A stretch of DNA of 32,074 nucleotides from Stenotrophobium sp. (GCA_050740035.1 JBOICJ010000063.1:1-32074), one strand, 5' to 3'. Shown: positions 18,279 to 28,504, counted from the stretch's first letter. Numbers and translations are program-made. The notes: generated by a model not told the origin, from the letters alone.

Positions 18279-19022
18279 TCAAAATCCGAGATCGGCCAGC
18301 AACGCGTCGGCGTCGGACTGGTTTGCGGCTTCGTTGACGCCCGGCACCGCCGGCCCGGCCAGCACCGGCGCAACGGCCGCGCGCGTGGCATTGCCATTGC
18401 CCAGACCGGCGGCGCGCAGCAATTCGATCAGCGCGGTTTCAACATCGCGGACCAGCTTGATCACGCGCTTGATGACTTGTCCGGTGAGGTCCTGATATTC
18501 CTGCGCCTGCGACAGCGCCGAGAGCGTTCCACTTAGTTGATCGGCGTTATCCATCACCGATTTGTGCAGCAACAACAGTTGCGCCGACAGCGATAGCGCC
18601 GCTGGCGTGTCCGGAATCACCACCATCACCTGATCCTGGACCCGCAGTAATTGATGGCCGGCAGCGCGCACGTTGCCCGCCAGATCGCGGCTGCGATCGA
18701 CCAGATCGAGCGTGTGATGCGCGGCATCCTCAGTCAGCTTGACGACATAGTCGAGGCGCTTGCAGGCGTCGGGCATTTCTGCCGTGACGTATTGCTCGAG
18801 ACGGCTGTCGGAGCTCATTTCGTTGACGGTGCGGTGCAGGTTGCGCGTGATGCGTGCGACATTGACGAGCAAGCTTTCCTCGCGCAGACGCAGCAACTGC
18901 GTCATGCCTTGCTCGAACAGCGCGTCATCGCCGTCTTCCAGCGCGCAGACCAGACCGCGCAAGCGCGTCAGGGTCTCGGCACGGTCGGGCACGGACCGCG
19001 GGTTGGCAGCCGTGGCGGTCAT
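18279..19022 (-). CDS. cheZ: CheY phosphatase CheZ
   Basis: [13 protein letters not shown], catalytic [15 protein letters not shown]-terminal [16 protein letters not shown] 19022 overlaps the cheY stop. Confidence 0.95.
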   Translation of the reverse strand: MTATAANPRSVPDRAETLTRLRGLVCALEDGDDALFEQGMTQLLRLREESLLVNVARITRNLHRTVNEMSSDSRLEQYVTAEMPDACKRLDYVVKLTEDAAHHTLDLVDRSRDLAGNVRAAGHQLLRVQDQVMVVIPDTPAALSLSAQLLLLHKSVMDNADQLSGTLSALSQAQEYQDLTGQVIKRVIKLVRDVETALIELLRAAGLGNGNATRAAVAPVLAGPAVPGVNEAANQSDADALLADLGF

Positions 19023-19411
19023 GCGGCCTCCGCAGCTCTCTGGAAAATCTTGTCGAGTTTTTCCTTGAGCGTCACCGCGGTGAACGGCTTGATGATGTAG
19101 CCATTGACGCCGGCCTTGGCCGCTTCGATGATCTGATCGCGTTGCGCTTCGGCAGTCACCATCAGCACCGGCAGTTTTGCCAGCGCCGGATCCTGCCGGA
19201 TGTTTTTCAGCAGATCGATGCCGGTCATGCCGGGCATGTTCCAGTCGGTGACGACGAACTCGAAACCGCCACCTTGCAACATCGGCCACGCGGTCTTGCC
19301 GTCGTCGGCCTCGCTGGTGTTGGTGTAGCCGAGGTCGTGCAGCAGATTCTTGACGATTCTGCGCATCGTCGAAAAATCATCGACGATCAATATTTTCATG
19401 TTCTTGTCCAT
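19019..19411 (-). CDS. cheY: Motor-binding CheY
   Basis: [48 protein letters not shown] 6 nt upstream (alternative start 19417). Confidence 0.97.
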   Translation of the reverse strand: MDKNMKILIVDDFSTMRRIVKNLLHDLGYTNTSEADDGKTAWPMLQGGGFEFVVTDWNMPGMTGIDLLKNIRQDPALAKLPVLMVTAEAQRDQIIEAAKAGVNGYIIKPFTAVTLKEKLDKIFQRAAEAA

Positions 19412-19494
19412 CTGCATCTCCGGCTATGACCCACTGCCCCGTAGCCGGCTGGCCTGGACAGACAAGGTGAGTGGTTGGTTACGTTTGATGTGGC

Positions 19495-20229
19495 TCATGT
19501 CGCCGCCTCTGCACGCCACTCTTCGAGACGCGCGCGCAAGCGCAACAAAGCCTGCCCATGAATCTGGCACACCCGCGATTCGCTGACGCCGAGAATTACG
19601 CCGATTTCACGCAGGTTCAGCTCGTCGTTGTAATACAGCGACAGCAGCAGTTTTTCGCGTTCCGGCAGACTGGCGATCGCCGCCGCGAGGTTGCCCTGGA
19701 ACTCGTCGTGTTGCAGCGACTGCAAAGGGCCGTCGGCGCTATCGGCATACTGAAAGCGGTCTTCGTTGTCGGCATCCTGCGCGTCCATGCTCAGCACCTG
19801 GCAGCGCGCGGCGTCGGCGGTGATGCTGTAGAACTCGTCCAGACTGACGTTCATGCGCTCGGCGACGTCGGCGTCGCGTGCATCACGGCCGGTCTGTTGT
19901 TCGATGTCGTGCATCGCTTGTGCCGCTTCGCGGGCGCGGCGATGCAACGAACGCGGCGCCCAGTCGCCCTTGCGCAGTTCGTCCACCATCGCGCCACGGA
20001 TTCTGATGCTGGCGTAAGTCTCGAAAGTCGCGCCACGGTCGCTGCTGTAGTGGCGCGCCGCCTCGAGCAGACCGATCGCGCCGGCCTGGATCAGGTCCTG
20101 CACATCGACGCTGGCCGGCAGGCGTGCCGCCATGTGATAGGCGATGCGCTTGACCAGTTCGCCGTGGCGCACGATCAACTCGTGTTCCGGCGCCGCCGTC
20201 TGTGGCTGGATCGTGGTGGCCGCGTTCAC
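19495..20229 (-). CDS. fliA: RNA polymerase sigma factor FliA (sigma28)
   Basis: LVKRIAYH, DLIQAG.IGL, FETYASIRIRGAMVDELR..DW.PRS, LNLREIG..LGVSESRVCQIH. GTG start overlaps the fleN stop. Confidence 0.96.
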   Translation of the reverse strand: MNAATTIQPQTAAPEHELIVRHGELVKRIAYHMAARLPASVDVQDLIQAGAIGLLEAARHYSSDRGATFETYASIRIRGAMVDELRKGDWAPRSLHRRAREAAQAMHDIEQQTGRDARDADVAERMNVSLDEFYSITADAARCQVLSMDAQDADNEDRFQYADSADGPLQSLQHDEFQGNLAAAIASLPEREKLLLSLYYNDELNLREIGVILGVSESRVCQIHGQALLRLRARLEEWRAEAAT

Positions 20230-21110
20230 GCGGGTGCTCCCAGCATCGGCTCGGCCTTGATCAGGCGCTCGACGAAAAATTCCAGATTGCCGCGGGCGCC
20301 TTTGGGCATGCCCCACTGTTCAGCCTTGCGCGCCAGCAGGCGATAGGCTTCGGCCGATGGCGCGTTTGGATACAGCTCCATCACCGGCTTCTGTTTGCGC
20401 ACCGCACGCTTGAGCCAGTCGTCATGCGGCACCGAGCCCATCAGGTTGAGGGTGATGTCGAGGAAGCGCTCGGAAACCCGGCGCAAGCTGTCGAAAATAT
20501 CGCGCGCTTCGATGCCGTTGTGGACCATGTTGGCCAGCACCTGCACCCGCGAGACACCGTGGTCGCGGCTCAGCACTTTGATCAGCGCGTAGGCGTCGGT
20601 CAGCGACGAGGGATCCTGCGTAACCACCACGATGACTTCCTGCGAAGCCTGGCTGAAAGTGATGACGCTATCGGCGATGCCGGCAGCGGTATCGACGATC
20701 AGCACGTCGAGCGGCTGCCGTAGTTCGCAAAACGCATTCACCAATCCGGCATTTTCGGCCGGACTCAGCTCGGCCATGTTGCGCTTGCCGGACGAGGCCG
20801 GCACCACCTGCACGCCGGCCGGCCCTTGAAGGATGGTGTCTTCGAGCGAGCACTTGCCTTCGAGCACGTGCGAAAGATTGTAGGTCGGCTGCAAGCCGAG
20901 CATGACATCGACGTTGGCCAGACCAAGGTCGCCGTCGAGCAGCATGACTTTTTTGCCGGCCAGGCACATCGCCACCGCCAGATTGATCGAGGTCGTGGTC
21001 TTGCCGACGCCGCCCTTGCCGCTGGTCACCGCGATCACCTGCACCGGCTTGGCCAGCCGCAGTTGACGCAGGCCCGCAGCCTGGTCGTCGGGAATCTTAG
21101 CCTGCGACAT
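20226..21110 (-). CDS. fleN: Flagellar number regulator FlhG/FleN (MinD-like ATPase)
   Basis: DQAAGLR N-terminal motif, TSGKGGVGKT, DGDLGLANVD, VDTAAG; located between flhF and fliA. Confidence 0.95.
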   Translation of the reverse strand: MSQAKIPDDQAAGLRQLRLAKPVQVIAVTSGKGGVGKTTTSINLAVAMCLAGKKVMLLDGDLGLANVDVMLGLQPTYNLSHVLEGKCSLEDTILQGPAGVQVVPASSGKRNMAELSPAENAGLVNAFCELRQPLDVLIVDTAAGIADSVITFSQASQEVIVVVTQDPSSLTDAYALIKVLSRDHGVSRVQVLANMVHNGIEARDIFDSLRRVSERFLDITLNLMGSVPHDDWLKRAVRKQKPVMELYPNAPSAEAYRLLARKAEQWGMPKGARGNLEFFVERLIKAEPMLGAPA

Positions 21111-22434
21111 GGATCACCTCTTGTTGTATGTTTTTGCCAAATCCGCCGAAGCGCATGGCCAGGGTACTGTCGTCGAGCACCATCGGGTTCTGCCGTGCCA
21201 TTTGCATCGCACGCAGCACCAGCCGATCGGCGCGCGCCGCCTGAATGTCTTCCGGTACGCGCTGGCCGTCGGTCACGAATGCCAGCGGTAGCTGACTGCG
21301 GATCACCACCGACAGGGCGCCGCCGATGCGGGTGCTCTCGTCGAGTTTGGTCAGGATGCCGCCGTTGAGCGGCGTGGCGCCAAACCGCCGCACCACTTCG
21401 TCGAGATCGCCGGCCTGACTGTTGGCTGCCATCACCAGATAGGTACTGATGCGGGTGGAGACGCCTTTCAGCTCCGAGAACTGCGCGGCCAAGTTGCGGT
21501 CACGCGGGCCCATGCCGGCGGTATCGATCAACACCAGACGCCGGTCCGAAAGTTTTTTCATGACCTCCGACAGTTCTGCGGCGTTGCCGGCGGTATGCAC
21601 CGGAATTCCGAGCAGACGGCCGTAGGTAAAAAGTTGTTCCTGCGCGCCGATGCGATAGTGATCGGTGGTCACCAGCGCGATGTCGCGGGTGCCGTGATGC
21701 AGGGCGAAATGGCTGGCGAGTTTGGCCAGCGTGGTGGTTTTGCCAACGCCGGTCGGGCCGATCAGGGCGATGGCGCCGCCGGCCAGCACCGGGTCTTTTT
21801 TGACGATGGGGATGCGCCGCGACAACAAACCCAGTGGCAGAAATCTTGCGCGATCGGCATCGCTGTATTCCGGCAATTCGCCGGCAATCTGCCGCGCCAG
21901 TTCCGGGTCGAGGCCGAGATCACTGAGGACGTTGAGTGCCGAGACGCGCTCGGGCTGCGACTGTTTCATGCCGTTCCAGATCACGCCGGAGAGTTGCTGT
22001 TCGAGCAGGCGCCGCATGCCGGAGAAGTCTTCGCGCAGGCGGGTGATCTCCGGGTCTTTGGCGACGCTCATCACCACCGGAGTCGGAATCGGCGTCGGAA
22101 TCGGCGCGGCGGGCACCGTGGTCTGTACGCGTGTCGGCACCGGCGTTTGTATGCGCGGCTGCGGCCGCGCGGCCGTGGCCATCGCGGGCGCCGGCCGTGC
22201 GGCGGCGATCGCTGCCTGCGGCTGAACCGCTGGCGGCATTTGTGCGCCGCTGCGGCGGATTTCGTGCCGCACCGCCTGATGCATCAGCGCGGCGTCGTAA
22301 TCGACTGCGGCGACTACTTCGATCTCGTTGCCGACGCGGCTATTGGACAGGATCACCGCATCCGGACCCTGCTCGTCGCGCACCATGCGGATGGCTTCGC
22401 GCATGTTCTTTGCCAGGAAGCGTTTTATTTTCAT
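21097..22434 (-). CDS. flhF: Flagellar biosynthesis SRP-type GTPase FlhF
   Basis: MKIKRF.A..MREA...VR.EQGPDAVILS, GPTGVGKTTT, DTAG, TKLDE, GQRVPED. Confidence 0.97.
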   Translation of the reverse strand: MKIKRFLAKNMREAIRMVRDEQGPDAVILSNSRVGNEIEVVAAVDYDAALMHQAVRHEIRRSGAQMPPAVQPQAAIAAARPAPAMATAARPQPRIQTPVPTRVQTTVPAAPIPTPIPTPVVMSVAKDPEITRLREDFSGMRRLLEQQLSGVIWNGMKQSQPERVSALNVLSDLGLDPELARQIAGELPEYSDADRARFLPLGLLSRRIPIVKKDPVLAGGAIALIGPTGVGKTTTLAKLASHFALHHGTRDIALVTTDHYRIGAQEQLFTYGRLLGIPVHTAGNAAELSEVMKKLSDRRLVLIDTAGMGPRDRNLAAQFSELKGVSTRISTYLVMAANSQAGDLDEVVRRFGATPLNGGILTKLDESTRIGGALSVVIRSQLPLAFVTDGQRVPEDIQAARADRLVLRAMQMARQNPMVLDDSTLAMRFGGFGKNIQQEVIHVAG

Positions 22435-22479
22435 GATGCGGTTCCGGATTTCGTTGAGTGATTGAAGGTCTGACCGCGA

Positions 22480-24546
22480 TCAGTAACCGACCGCGCCGAC
22501 CATGCGAATCTGCTTGCTCTCGGGGACTTCGTTGTACGACAGCACATGCAGACCGGGCACGGTCTGGCGCGTGAACTTGGCCAGCAGCGGCCGCAGTGGC
22601 GCCGGTACCAGCAGTACCGCGGGCTGCCCCGCCAGTTCCTGCTTCTGTACGCTGTCGCTGATTGATTTGTGCATACGTTCCGCCAGTCCGGGTTCCAATA
22701 CCGCGCCGCCGCTTTGCAAGGTGTCTTGCAACACTCGTTCCAGTTGCGGCGCCAGCGTCATGACCGGCAACTCAGTCGCCATACCGTTGATTTCCTGAAC
22801 AATCTGACGGCCGAGCGCGATCCGCACGGCGCTGATCAGAACGACGGGATCCTGACTGCGCGTGGCGTGCTCCGCCAAAGCCTCGGCGATGCCGCGCAGG
22901 TTGCGCAGTGGAATCTGCTCGACCAGCAGTCCTTGCAAGACCTTGACGAACACCGACAGCGACAGCGTCTTGGGCACCAGGTCCTCGACCAGCTTTGGCG
23001 CGGCCTTGGCCAGCCCGTTGAGTAGTGCCTGAGCCTCGTCATGGCCGAGCAGTTCCGGTGCGTTTTGTTTGATGATGTGCGACAGATGGGTGGCGATGAC
23101 GGTACCGGCATCGACCACGGTGTAGCCCAGCGTCTGCGCGTGTTCGCGCACGCCTTTTTCGATCCAGATCGATTCGAGCCCGAACGCCGGGTCGCGCGTG
23201 GCGATGCCTTCGAGCGTGCCGAACACGCGTCCGGGATTGAGCGCCATCTCGCGATCCGGATAGACCGCGCCGGTCGCCAGCGGTACGCCGTGCAGAGTGA
23301 TGCGGTAGGCGCCGGGTTGCAGTTCGAGGTTGTCGCGGATGTGCACCGCCTGCACCAGAAAGCCGAGTTCCTGCGTGAGTTTTTTGCGTACGCCCTTGAT
23401 CCGCGACATCAGTTCGCCGCCCTGACGGACATCGACCAGCGGTATCAGCCGATAGCCGACCTCCAAGCCGAGCGCGTCGTCGGGCGCGACGTCGTCCCAC
23501 GACAATTCCTTGGGCGCGGCCGGCGCCGTGATCTGTTTGGCTTCGCTCTCGACCTTGGCCGCCGCACCGCGCTTCATTAGCAGCCAGGCCAGTCCGCCGC
23601 AGGCCGCCGCCAGCATCAGGAACACCAGATTGGGCATGCCGGGAATCAGACCGAGCAGACCGAGCAGCAGCGCGGTCACCACCAGCACGCGCGGCTGGCC
23701 GAAAATCTGCGACACCAGCTGCGAGCTCATGTCCTGCGAGCGCGACATCCGCGTCACCAGAATCGCCACCGAGGTCGATAGCAGCAGCGACGGCAGTTGC
23801 GCGACTAGGCCATCGCCGATGGTCAGCAGGGTGTAATTCTTCAGCGCGTCGCCGATCGCCATGCCGTGTTCGAGCGTGCCGATCAGCAGGCCGCCGACGA
23901 TATTGATGAACAGGATCAGGATGCCGGCGATGGCGTCGCCGCGTATGAATTTGCTGGCGCCGTCCATCGAGCCGTAGAAATCCGCTTCCTCGCGCACGTC
24001 CTGCCGGCGCTGTGCGGCCTCTTCGCGGGTCAGCAGTCCGGCGTTGAGGTCGGCATCGATCGCCATCTGCTTGCCGGGCAAGGCGTCGAGGGTGAAGCGC
24101 GCTGCCACTTCCGAGACGCGTTCGGCGCCCTTGGTCACCACCATGAAATTGATGATGGTGAGAATCATGAAGACGATGAAGCCGACGGAGTAATGCCCGC
24201 CGATGACAAATTCGCCGAACGCTTCAATCACCTGTCCGGCGGCGCCGGGGCCGTTTTGCCCGTGCAACAGCACCACGCGGGTCGAGGCGACGTTGAGCGC
24301 CAGCCGCAGCAAAGTCACCAGCAGCAGGACTGTCGGAAAAGCGTTGAAATCCATCGGCCGCAGCACGTAGACCACCGCCAGCAGGATGATGATCGACAGC
24401 GCGATGTTGAACGTGAATAGCGTGTCCAGCATGAACGGTTCCAGCGGCAGAACCATCATGCTCAGGATCACCATCAGCAGGATCGGCGCGCCGAGGCCAC
24501 TGCCGCCGACACTGCCGATACGCTTCAGGATTTGATTGAAATTCAT
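22480..24546 (-). CDS. flhA: Flagellar export gate protein FlhA
   Basis: FPTVLL, RLALNVASTR, RVSEVAARFTLDALPGKQMAIDADL, FYGSMDGASKF, LLTIGDGLVAQ. Confidence 0.98.
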   Translation of the reverse strand: MNFNQILKRIGSVGGSGLGAPILLMVILSMMVLPLEPFMLDTLFTFNIALSIIILLAVVYVLRPMDFNAFPTVLLLVTLLRLALNVASTRVVLLHGQNGPGAAGQVIEAFGEFVIGGHYSVGFIVFMILTIINFMVVTKGAERVSEVAARFTLDALPGKQMAIDADLNAGLLTREEAAQRRQDVREEADFYGSMDGASKFIRGDAIAGILILFINIVGGLLIGTLEHGMAIGDALKNYTLLTIGDGLVAQLPSLLLSTSVAILVTRMSRSQDMSSQLVSQIFGQPRVLVVTALLLGLLGLIPGMPNLVFLMLAAACGGLAWLLMKRGAAAKVESEAKQITAPAAPKELSWDDVAPDDALGLEVGYRLIPLVDVRQGGELMSRIKGVRKKLTQELGFLVQAVHIRDNLELQPGAYRITLHGVPLATGAVYPDREMALNPGRVFGTLEGIATRDPAFGLESIWIEKGVREHAQTLGYTVVDAGTVIATHLSHIIKQNAPELLGHDEAQALLNGLAKAAPKLVEDLVPKTLSLSVFVKVLQGLLVEQIPLRNLRGIAEALAEHATRSQDPVVLISAVRIALGRQIVQEINGMATELPVMTLAPQLERVLQDTLQSGGAVLEPGLAERMHKSISDSVQKQELAGQPAVLLVPAPLRPLLAKFTRQTVPGLHVLSYNEVPESKQIRMVGAVGY

Positions 24547-24612
24547 GCACCGTTCCGGTCATCGCCGATACGCGCCGGAATCCCGGCTCCGCGCACCCGT
24601 CACGGGTAACCG

Positions 24613-24628
24613 TGCAGACCTTGTGCCA
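24613..24628 (-). promoter_or_regulatory. sigma54 promoter of flhA-flhF-fleN-fliA
   Basis: Minus strand TGGCAC-AAGGT-CTGCA (GG-N10-GC), ~67 nt upstream of the flhA ATG. Confidence 0.8.
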
Positions 24629-24684
24629 CGTCAAAATAGCGTCACCCGCTTTGCCGTCACAGGCTTTTGCCGCCTCTCGCCTAG

Positions 24685-24827
24685 AGCAACGCTGAATAAG
24701 TGTTGCGAGCGAAGGCAGGTCGCGTGAGGACGGAGCGCAGGAACCGCAGTGTACAGATGAGTACATGAGGATTCCGAGCACCGCCCTCGCGCGAGATGCC
24801 GAGCGCAGTAGCTTATTCAGCGTTGCC
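24685..24827. mobile_element. 143-bp MITE with IS5-subgroup-like ends
   Basis: Ends AGCAACGCTGAATAAG (24685-24700) and CTTATTCAGCGTTGCC (24812-24827) are inverted repeats matching at 15 of 16 positions. Flanked by CTAG (24681-24684) and CTAC (24828-24831). Long internal imperfect hairpin centred on GTGTAC-agatga-GTACAT. No transposase. Confidence 0.75.
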
Positions 24828-25943
24828 CTACGCCTCCCCGCCCGGCACCTCGGCGATTACCGGCATGGCCGGTTTCGGCCCACGGCGGTACATCTTCAGC
24901 TGGTAGACATAGGTCAGGACCTGCGCCACGGCGGCGTACAGCGCCACCGAAATCTCGGCGTCGAGTTCGGTGCTGCGGAACAGCGCACGCGCCAGCGGCG
25001 GCGCTTCGAGGATCGTGATGCGGTGCTGGCCGGCCAGCTCACGGATCTTGAGTGCGATCAGGTCGGCACCCTTGGCCACCACCACTGGCGCACGCATGTT
25101 GCCGGAGCTGTATTTGAGCGCCACCGCGTAGTGCGTCGGGTTGGTGACGACGACATCGGCGGTCGGCAGTTTTTCCATCATGCGGCGATTGGCGGCCTGA
25201 TGTTGCAGGTTGCGGATACGCGCCTTGACCTCGGGGCGGCCTTCGCTCTGCTTGTGCTCGTCGCGCACTTCCTGCCGGCTCATGCGCAGCTGCTGGCCGT
25301 GGTGATAAATCTGCCACGGCACATCGACCAGGGCGATCAGCAGCAGGCCGCCGCAGAGAAACGCGAAGGCTTGCAGGCACAGCACGCCACCGTGGGCAAT
25401 GCCTTGCAGCAGCGGTTCGTTGACCAGTCCGGCCATCTCGCTGCGTTTACTCCACCAGGCGGCCGCGGCCACCCCGCCGAGGACGGTGAACTTGATCATG
25501 CTCTTGAGCAGCTCCATCAAACCGTTCATGGAAAAAATGCGGCCGATGCCGGTGATCGGATTGAGCCGGCTGAAATCGGGAATCATCGCTTTGGTACTGA
25601 AATTCCAGCCGCCGAGCAGCATCGGCGCGATCAGCGCGATCACGGTCAGACCGATGAACAGCGGCATCAGCAGGGAAAACGCCGCGCTCAGCATCCGCGC
25701 CAGAATGTTCGGCAGCATATCCGGCTGCGACAGCAGCGCAGGATCGATGGTCAACGCGTGCTGCATCAACCGCTCCGCGCCGCGCATGATGCCCGGCCCA
25801 CCCGACAGCAGCAGCCCCGCGCCCACCACCATCACCAGTGCGGTGGTGAGATCGCGCGATCGCGGCACCTGGCCTTTTTCACGCGCCTCGCGCACACGTT
25901 TTGGCGAGGCTTTTTCGGTTTTATCCTGTGCGTCACCGGACAT
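24828..25943 (-). CDS. flhB: Flagellar export switch protein FlhB
   Basis: DKTEKASPKR..AREKGQVPRSRDL, MSRQEVRDEHKQSEGRPEVK, autocleavage VTNPTHYAVAL. Confidence 0.97.
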   Translation of the reverse strand: MSGDAQDKTEKASPKRVREAREKGQVPRSRDLTTALVMVVGAGLLLSGGPGIMRGAERLMQHALTIDPALLSQPDMLPNILARMLSAAFSLLMPLFIGLTVIALIAPMLLGGWNFSTKAMIPDFSRLNPITGIGRIFSMNGLMELLKSMIKFTVLGGVAAAAWWSKRSEMAGLVNEPLLQGIAHGGVLCLQAFAFLCGGLLLIALVDVPWQIYHHGQQLRMSRQEVRDEHKQSEGRPEVKARIRNLQHQAANRRMMEKLPTADVVVTNPTHYAVALKYSSGNMRAPVVVAKGADLIALKIRELAGQHRITILEAPPLARALFRSTELDAEISVALYAAVAQVLTYVYQLKMYRRGPKPAMPVIAEVPGGEA

Positions 25944-25944
25944 G

Positions 25945-26721
25945 TCAGGCTCCGTGCAGCAGTGTCGCCATCAGCTGCCAGCTCTGCGTCAGCAGATCGC
26001 TGAACACACTCTGCAAACCCGGCAGGCTGTAGCGCAGCAGCAGCAGGCCGGCCAGCAGTGAAATCGGAAAACCGACCGACTGGAAATTCAGCGACGGCGT
26101 CGCACGGCTGAGCAAGCCGAAACCCATGTTGACCAGCAACAGCGCGATCATCACCGGCAGCGCGATCTGCAAACCGCCGCTGAACACCACGCCGCTCCAG
26201 GCGATCAACGCGCCGAGTTGCGCGGTACCGATACCTGCGGTGGAAATGGGTATGGTGCGAAAGCTGTCGGCCAGCGTCGCGATCAGGATCAGATGGCCGT
26301 TCATCGCCAGAAACAGCAGTGTCGCCAATATCATCAGGAATTGCCCGACCACCGGCGTACTGGTGCCGCGCACCGGATCGGCCAGCTGCGCAAAACTCAA
26401 GCCCATGCCGTAGGCGATGATCTCGCCGCCCATCACCACCGCCTCGAACGCTAGCATCAGCACGAAGCCGATGACCACGCCCAGCATGAACTGCTGCAAG
26501 GTGGTCAGACACCAGGCACCGCTGAACATCGCCAGCGCCGGCGTCACCGGCGTCAGCGGCATGATGATCAAGGTCAGCACCAGACCGAGTCCCAGACGCA
26601 CCTGTCGCGGCGCAATTTTCGAGCCGATCACCGGCGCGGTCATCAGTACGCCGCCGATGCGGAAAAACGTCCACAACGCATGCTGAACCCAGGCCATCAG
26701 CTGTGCGTCGGTAATGCTCAT
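25945..26721 (-). CDS. fliR: Flagellar export protein FliR
   Basis: Hydrophobic, 258 aa; FFRIGG...AP, GMGLSFA..DP, NGHL, GLLSRATPSLN...GFP. Confidence 0.95.
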   Translation of the reverse strand: MSITDAQLMAWVQHALWTFFRIGGVLMTAPVIGSKIAPRQVRLGLGLVLTLIIMPLTPVTPALAMFSGAWCLTTLQQFMLGVVIGFVLMLAFEAVVMGGEIIAYGMGLSFAQLADPVRGTSTPVVGQFLMILATLLFLAMNGHLILIATLADSFRTIPISTAGIGTAQLGALIAWSGVVFSGGLQIALPVMIALLLVNMGFGLLSRATPSLNFQSVGFPISLLAGLLLLRYSLPGLQSVFSDLLTQSWQLMATLLHGA

Positions 26722-26722
26722 G

Positions 26723-26992
26723 TCAATTGATCAGCGCGGGGATGTTCTCGAACAGGCGCTGCGTGAACTCCACCAGCAGGCGCAGCATCCACGGCCCCGC
26801 AACCACGATCACCACCGCCATCGTCACCAGCTTGGGGATGAAGCTCAGGGTCATTTCGTTGATCTGCGTGGCGGCCTGGAACAAGCCCACCAACACGCCG
26901 ACCACCAGCGACGCCAGCAGCAGCGGCGCCGACAGCAGCAGCGCCAGCTCGATGGCTTCGCGGCCCTGCGTCATCACCGATTCCGGCGTCAT
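26723..26992 (-). CDS. fliQ: Flagellar export protein FliQ
   Basis: MTPESV...[17 protein letters not shown]...GPWML. Confidence 0.97.
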   Translation of the reverse strand: MTPESVMTQGREAIELALLLSAPLLLASLVVGVLVGLFQAATQINEMTLSFIPKLVTMAVVIVVAGPWMLRLLVEFTQRLFENIPALIN

Positions 26993-27729
26993 GTCTGAAA
27001 ACTCGTGGCCAGCGTGCCCATGATCAGGGCCCAGCCATCGACCAGCACAAACAGCATCAGCTTGAACGGCAGCGAGATGATCATCGGCGACAGCATCATC
27101 ATGCCCATGCTCATCAGGATGCTCGACACCACCAGGTCGATCACCACGAACGGTATGAAAATCAGGAAGCCGATCTGGAACGCGGTGGTCAGCTCGCTGG
27201 TCATGAACGACGCCGCCAGCACCGGAAATGGGATGTCTGCGGCGCTGGCGTATTTGCCGTGGCCGGAGATTTTGGCAAAAGCGATCAGGCTCGATTCGCG
27301 CGTCTGCGCCAGCATGAATTTACGCACCGGCGTCGCCGCCGCCTGCAGGGCCGGCTCGAACGCCAGCTTGCCGTCCATGTACGGCTGTACCGACTGGCTG
27401 TAGATGGTGTTGAACACCGGCGACATCACGAAAAAAGTGAGGAACAACGACAGCCCGATCAGGATCTGGTTGGACGGCGTCTGCGCCGTGCCCAGCGCCT
27501 GGCGCAGCAGGCTGAGCACGATGATGATGCGGGTGAACGAAGTCATCATCAACAGCATCGCCGGCAGCAGCGACAAGGCTGTCATCAGCAACAGCACCTG
27601 CACGTTGAGACTGTAGGTGCTGCCGCCACCGGCTGCCGGGGTCACCGTCACCGCCGGCAGTCCGGCGGCATGTGCCGCAGGCCCGAGCAGCAGCAAGCCC
27701 AACAGCAGGATGATTTTTTTCAGCGTCAT
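26989..27729 (-). CDS. fliP: Flagellar export protein FliP
   Basis: Signal peptide; [46 protein letters not shown]. Confidence 0.97.
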   Translation of the reverse strand: MTLKKIILLLGLLLLGPAAHAAGLPAVTVTPAAGGGSTYSLNVQVLLLMTALSLLPAMLLMMTSFTRIIIVLSLLRQALGTAQTPSNQILIGLSLFLTFFVMSPVFNTIYSQSVQPYMDGKLAFEPALQAAATPVRKFMLAQTRESSLIAFAKISGHGKYASAADIPFPVLAASFMTSELTTAFQIGFLIFIPFVVIDLVVSSILMSMGMMMLSPMIISLPFKLMLFVLVDGWALIMGTLATSFQT

Positions 27730-28118
27730 GACTTGCGCGCCCGCGCCAGCATCTGTTGCAGTTTCTCGGCGAACGGCGGCAACTGCGGCGACGGCGCCGC
27801 GTCCAGCATCGCCGGTGCTTGGTCGAACACATGCAGCGTTTGCACGCGGCCCGGCGCGACGCCGATCAATAGATGTTTGTCGCCGGCCTGCACCAGCAGC
27901 ACGCGTTCCTTGGCGCCGACCTGCAAGCCGCCGTGCAGACGCAGCGCGCTGGCGTTGCCGCCGCGTGCCGACTGCATCCAGCGCAGCACCCAGGCCAGCG
28001 CGAAGATCACCAGCAGCACCAGCACCAGACTGACGGCGGTGGAGGCAAGGCTGCCGGCTATCGACAGCGGCGGGGCCGTCGCGGCGCTGGCGGTGGTGGC
28101 GGTGGTGATGACGGCCAT
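27726..28118 (-). CDS. fliO: Flagellar protein FliO
   Basis: Single TM ([17 protein letters not shown]) and [18 protein letters not shown]; between fliN and fliP. Start ATG 28118 inferred. Confidence 0.88.
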   Translation of the reverse strand: MAVITTATTASAATAPPLSIAGSLASTAVSLVLVLLVIFALAWVLRWMQSARGGNASALRLHGGLQVGAKERVLLVQAGDKHLLIGVAPGRVQTLHVFDQAPAMLDAAPSPQLPPFAEKLQQMLARARKS

Positions 28119-28123
28119 GACGA

Positions 28124-28495
28124 TCAGCGCAAGCGGCGGATTCGTTCTGCAGGGCTGATGACGTCGGTCAGGCGAATGCCGAAGCGTTCGTTGACCACCA
28201 CCACTTCGCCGTGCGCGATCAGGGTGCCGTTGGCGTAAACATCGAGCGGCTCGCCGGCCTCGCGTTGCAACTCGACTACCGAACCCTGATTGAGCTGCAA
28301 CAGGTTGCGGATCGGCACGCGCGCGCGGCCGACTTCCATCGACAGCGTCACCGGTACATCGAGCAGCACGTCGAGGTTGAACTCGCCGCCCGGTGTCTTG
28401 CCGGCTTCGGCGGCCGCCGCGTCGAGCGGCTGAAAGCTGGCGCGCGACACTTCTGCCGGCGCGCCCTGGGGGTTGTCTTTGACTTGAGCATTCAT
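28124..28495 (-). CDS. fliN: Flagellar motor switch protein FliN
   Basis: [38 protein letters not shown]. Confidence 0.97.
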   Translation of the reverse strand: MNAQVKDNPQGAPAEVSRASFQPLDAAAAEAGKTPGGEFNLDVLLDVPVTLSMEVGRARVPIRNLLQLNQGSVVELQREAGEPLDVYANGTLIAHGEVVVVNERFGIRLTDVISPAERIRRLR

Positions 28496-28504
28496 GAGGA
28501 TTTC

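Noticed and set aside
19739..19765. Possible sigma28 promoter inside fliA for cheY (CGAAG-N14-GCCGATAG)
   Set aside because: The -35 box is only 3/5, it lies in coding sequence, and it is ~330 nt from cheY; too weak to call.
22079..22106. 12-bp tandem repeat in flhF (PIPTPIPT) and Ala/Pro-rich tracts in fliK and cheA
   Set aside because: Ordinary low-complexity linkers, in frame; not phase-variation tracts.
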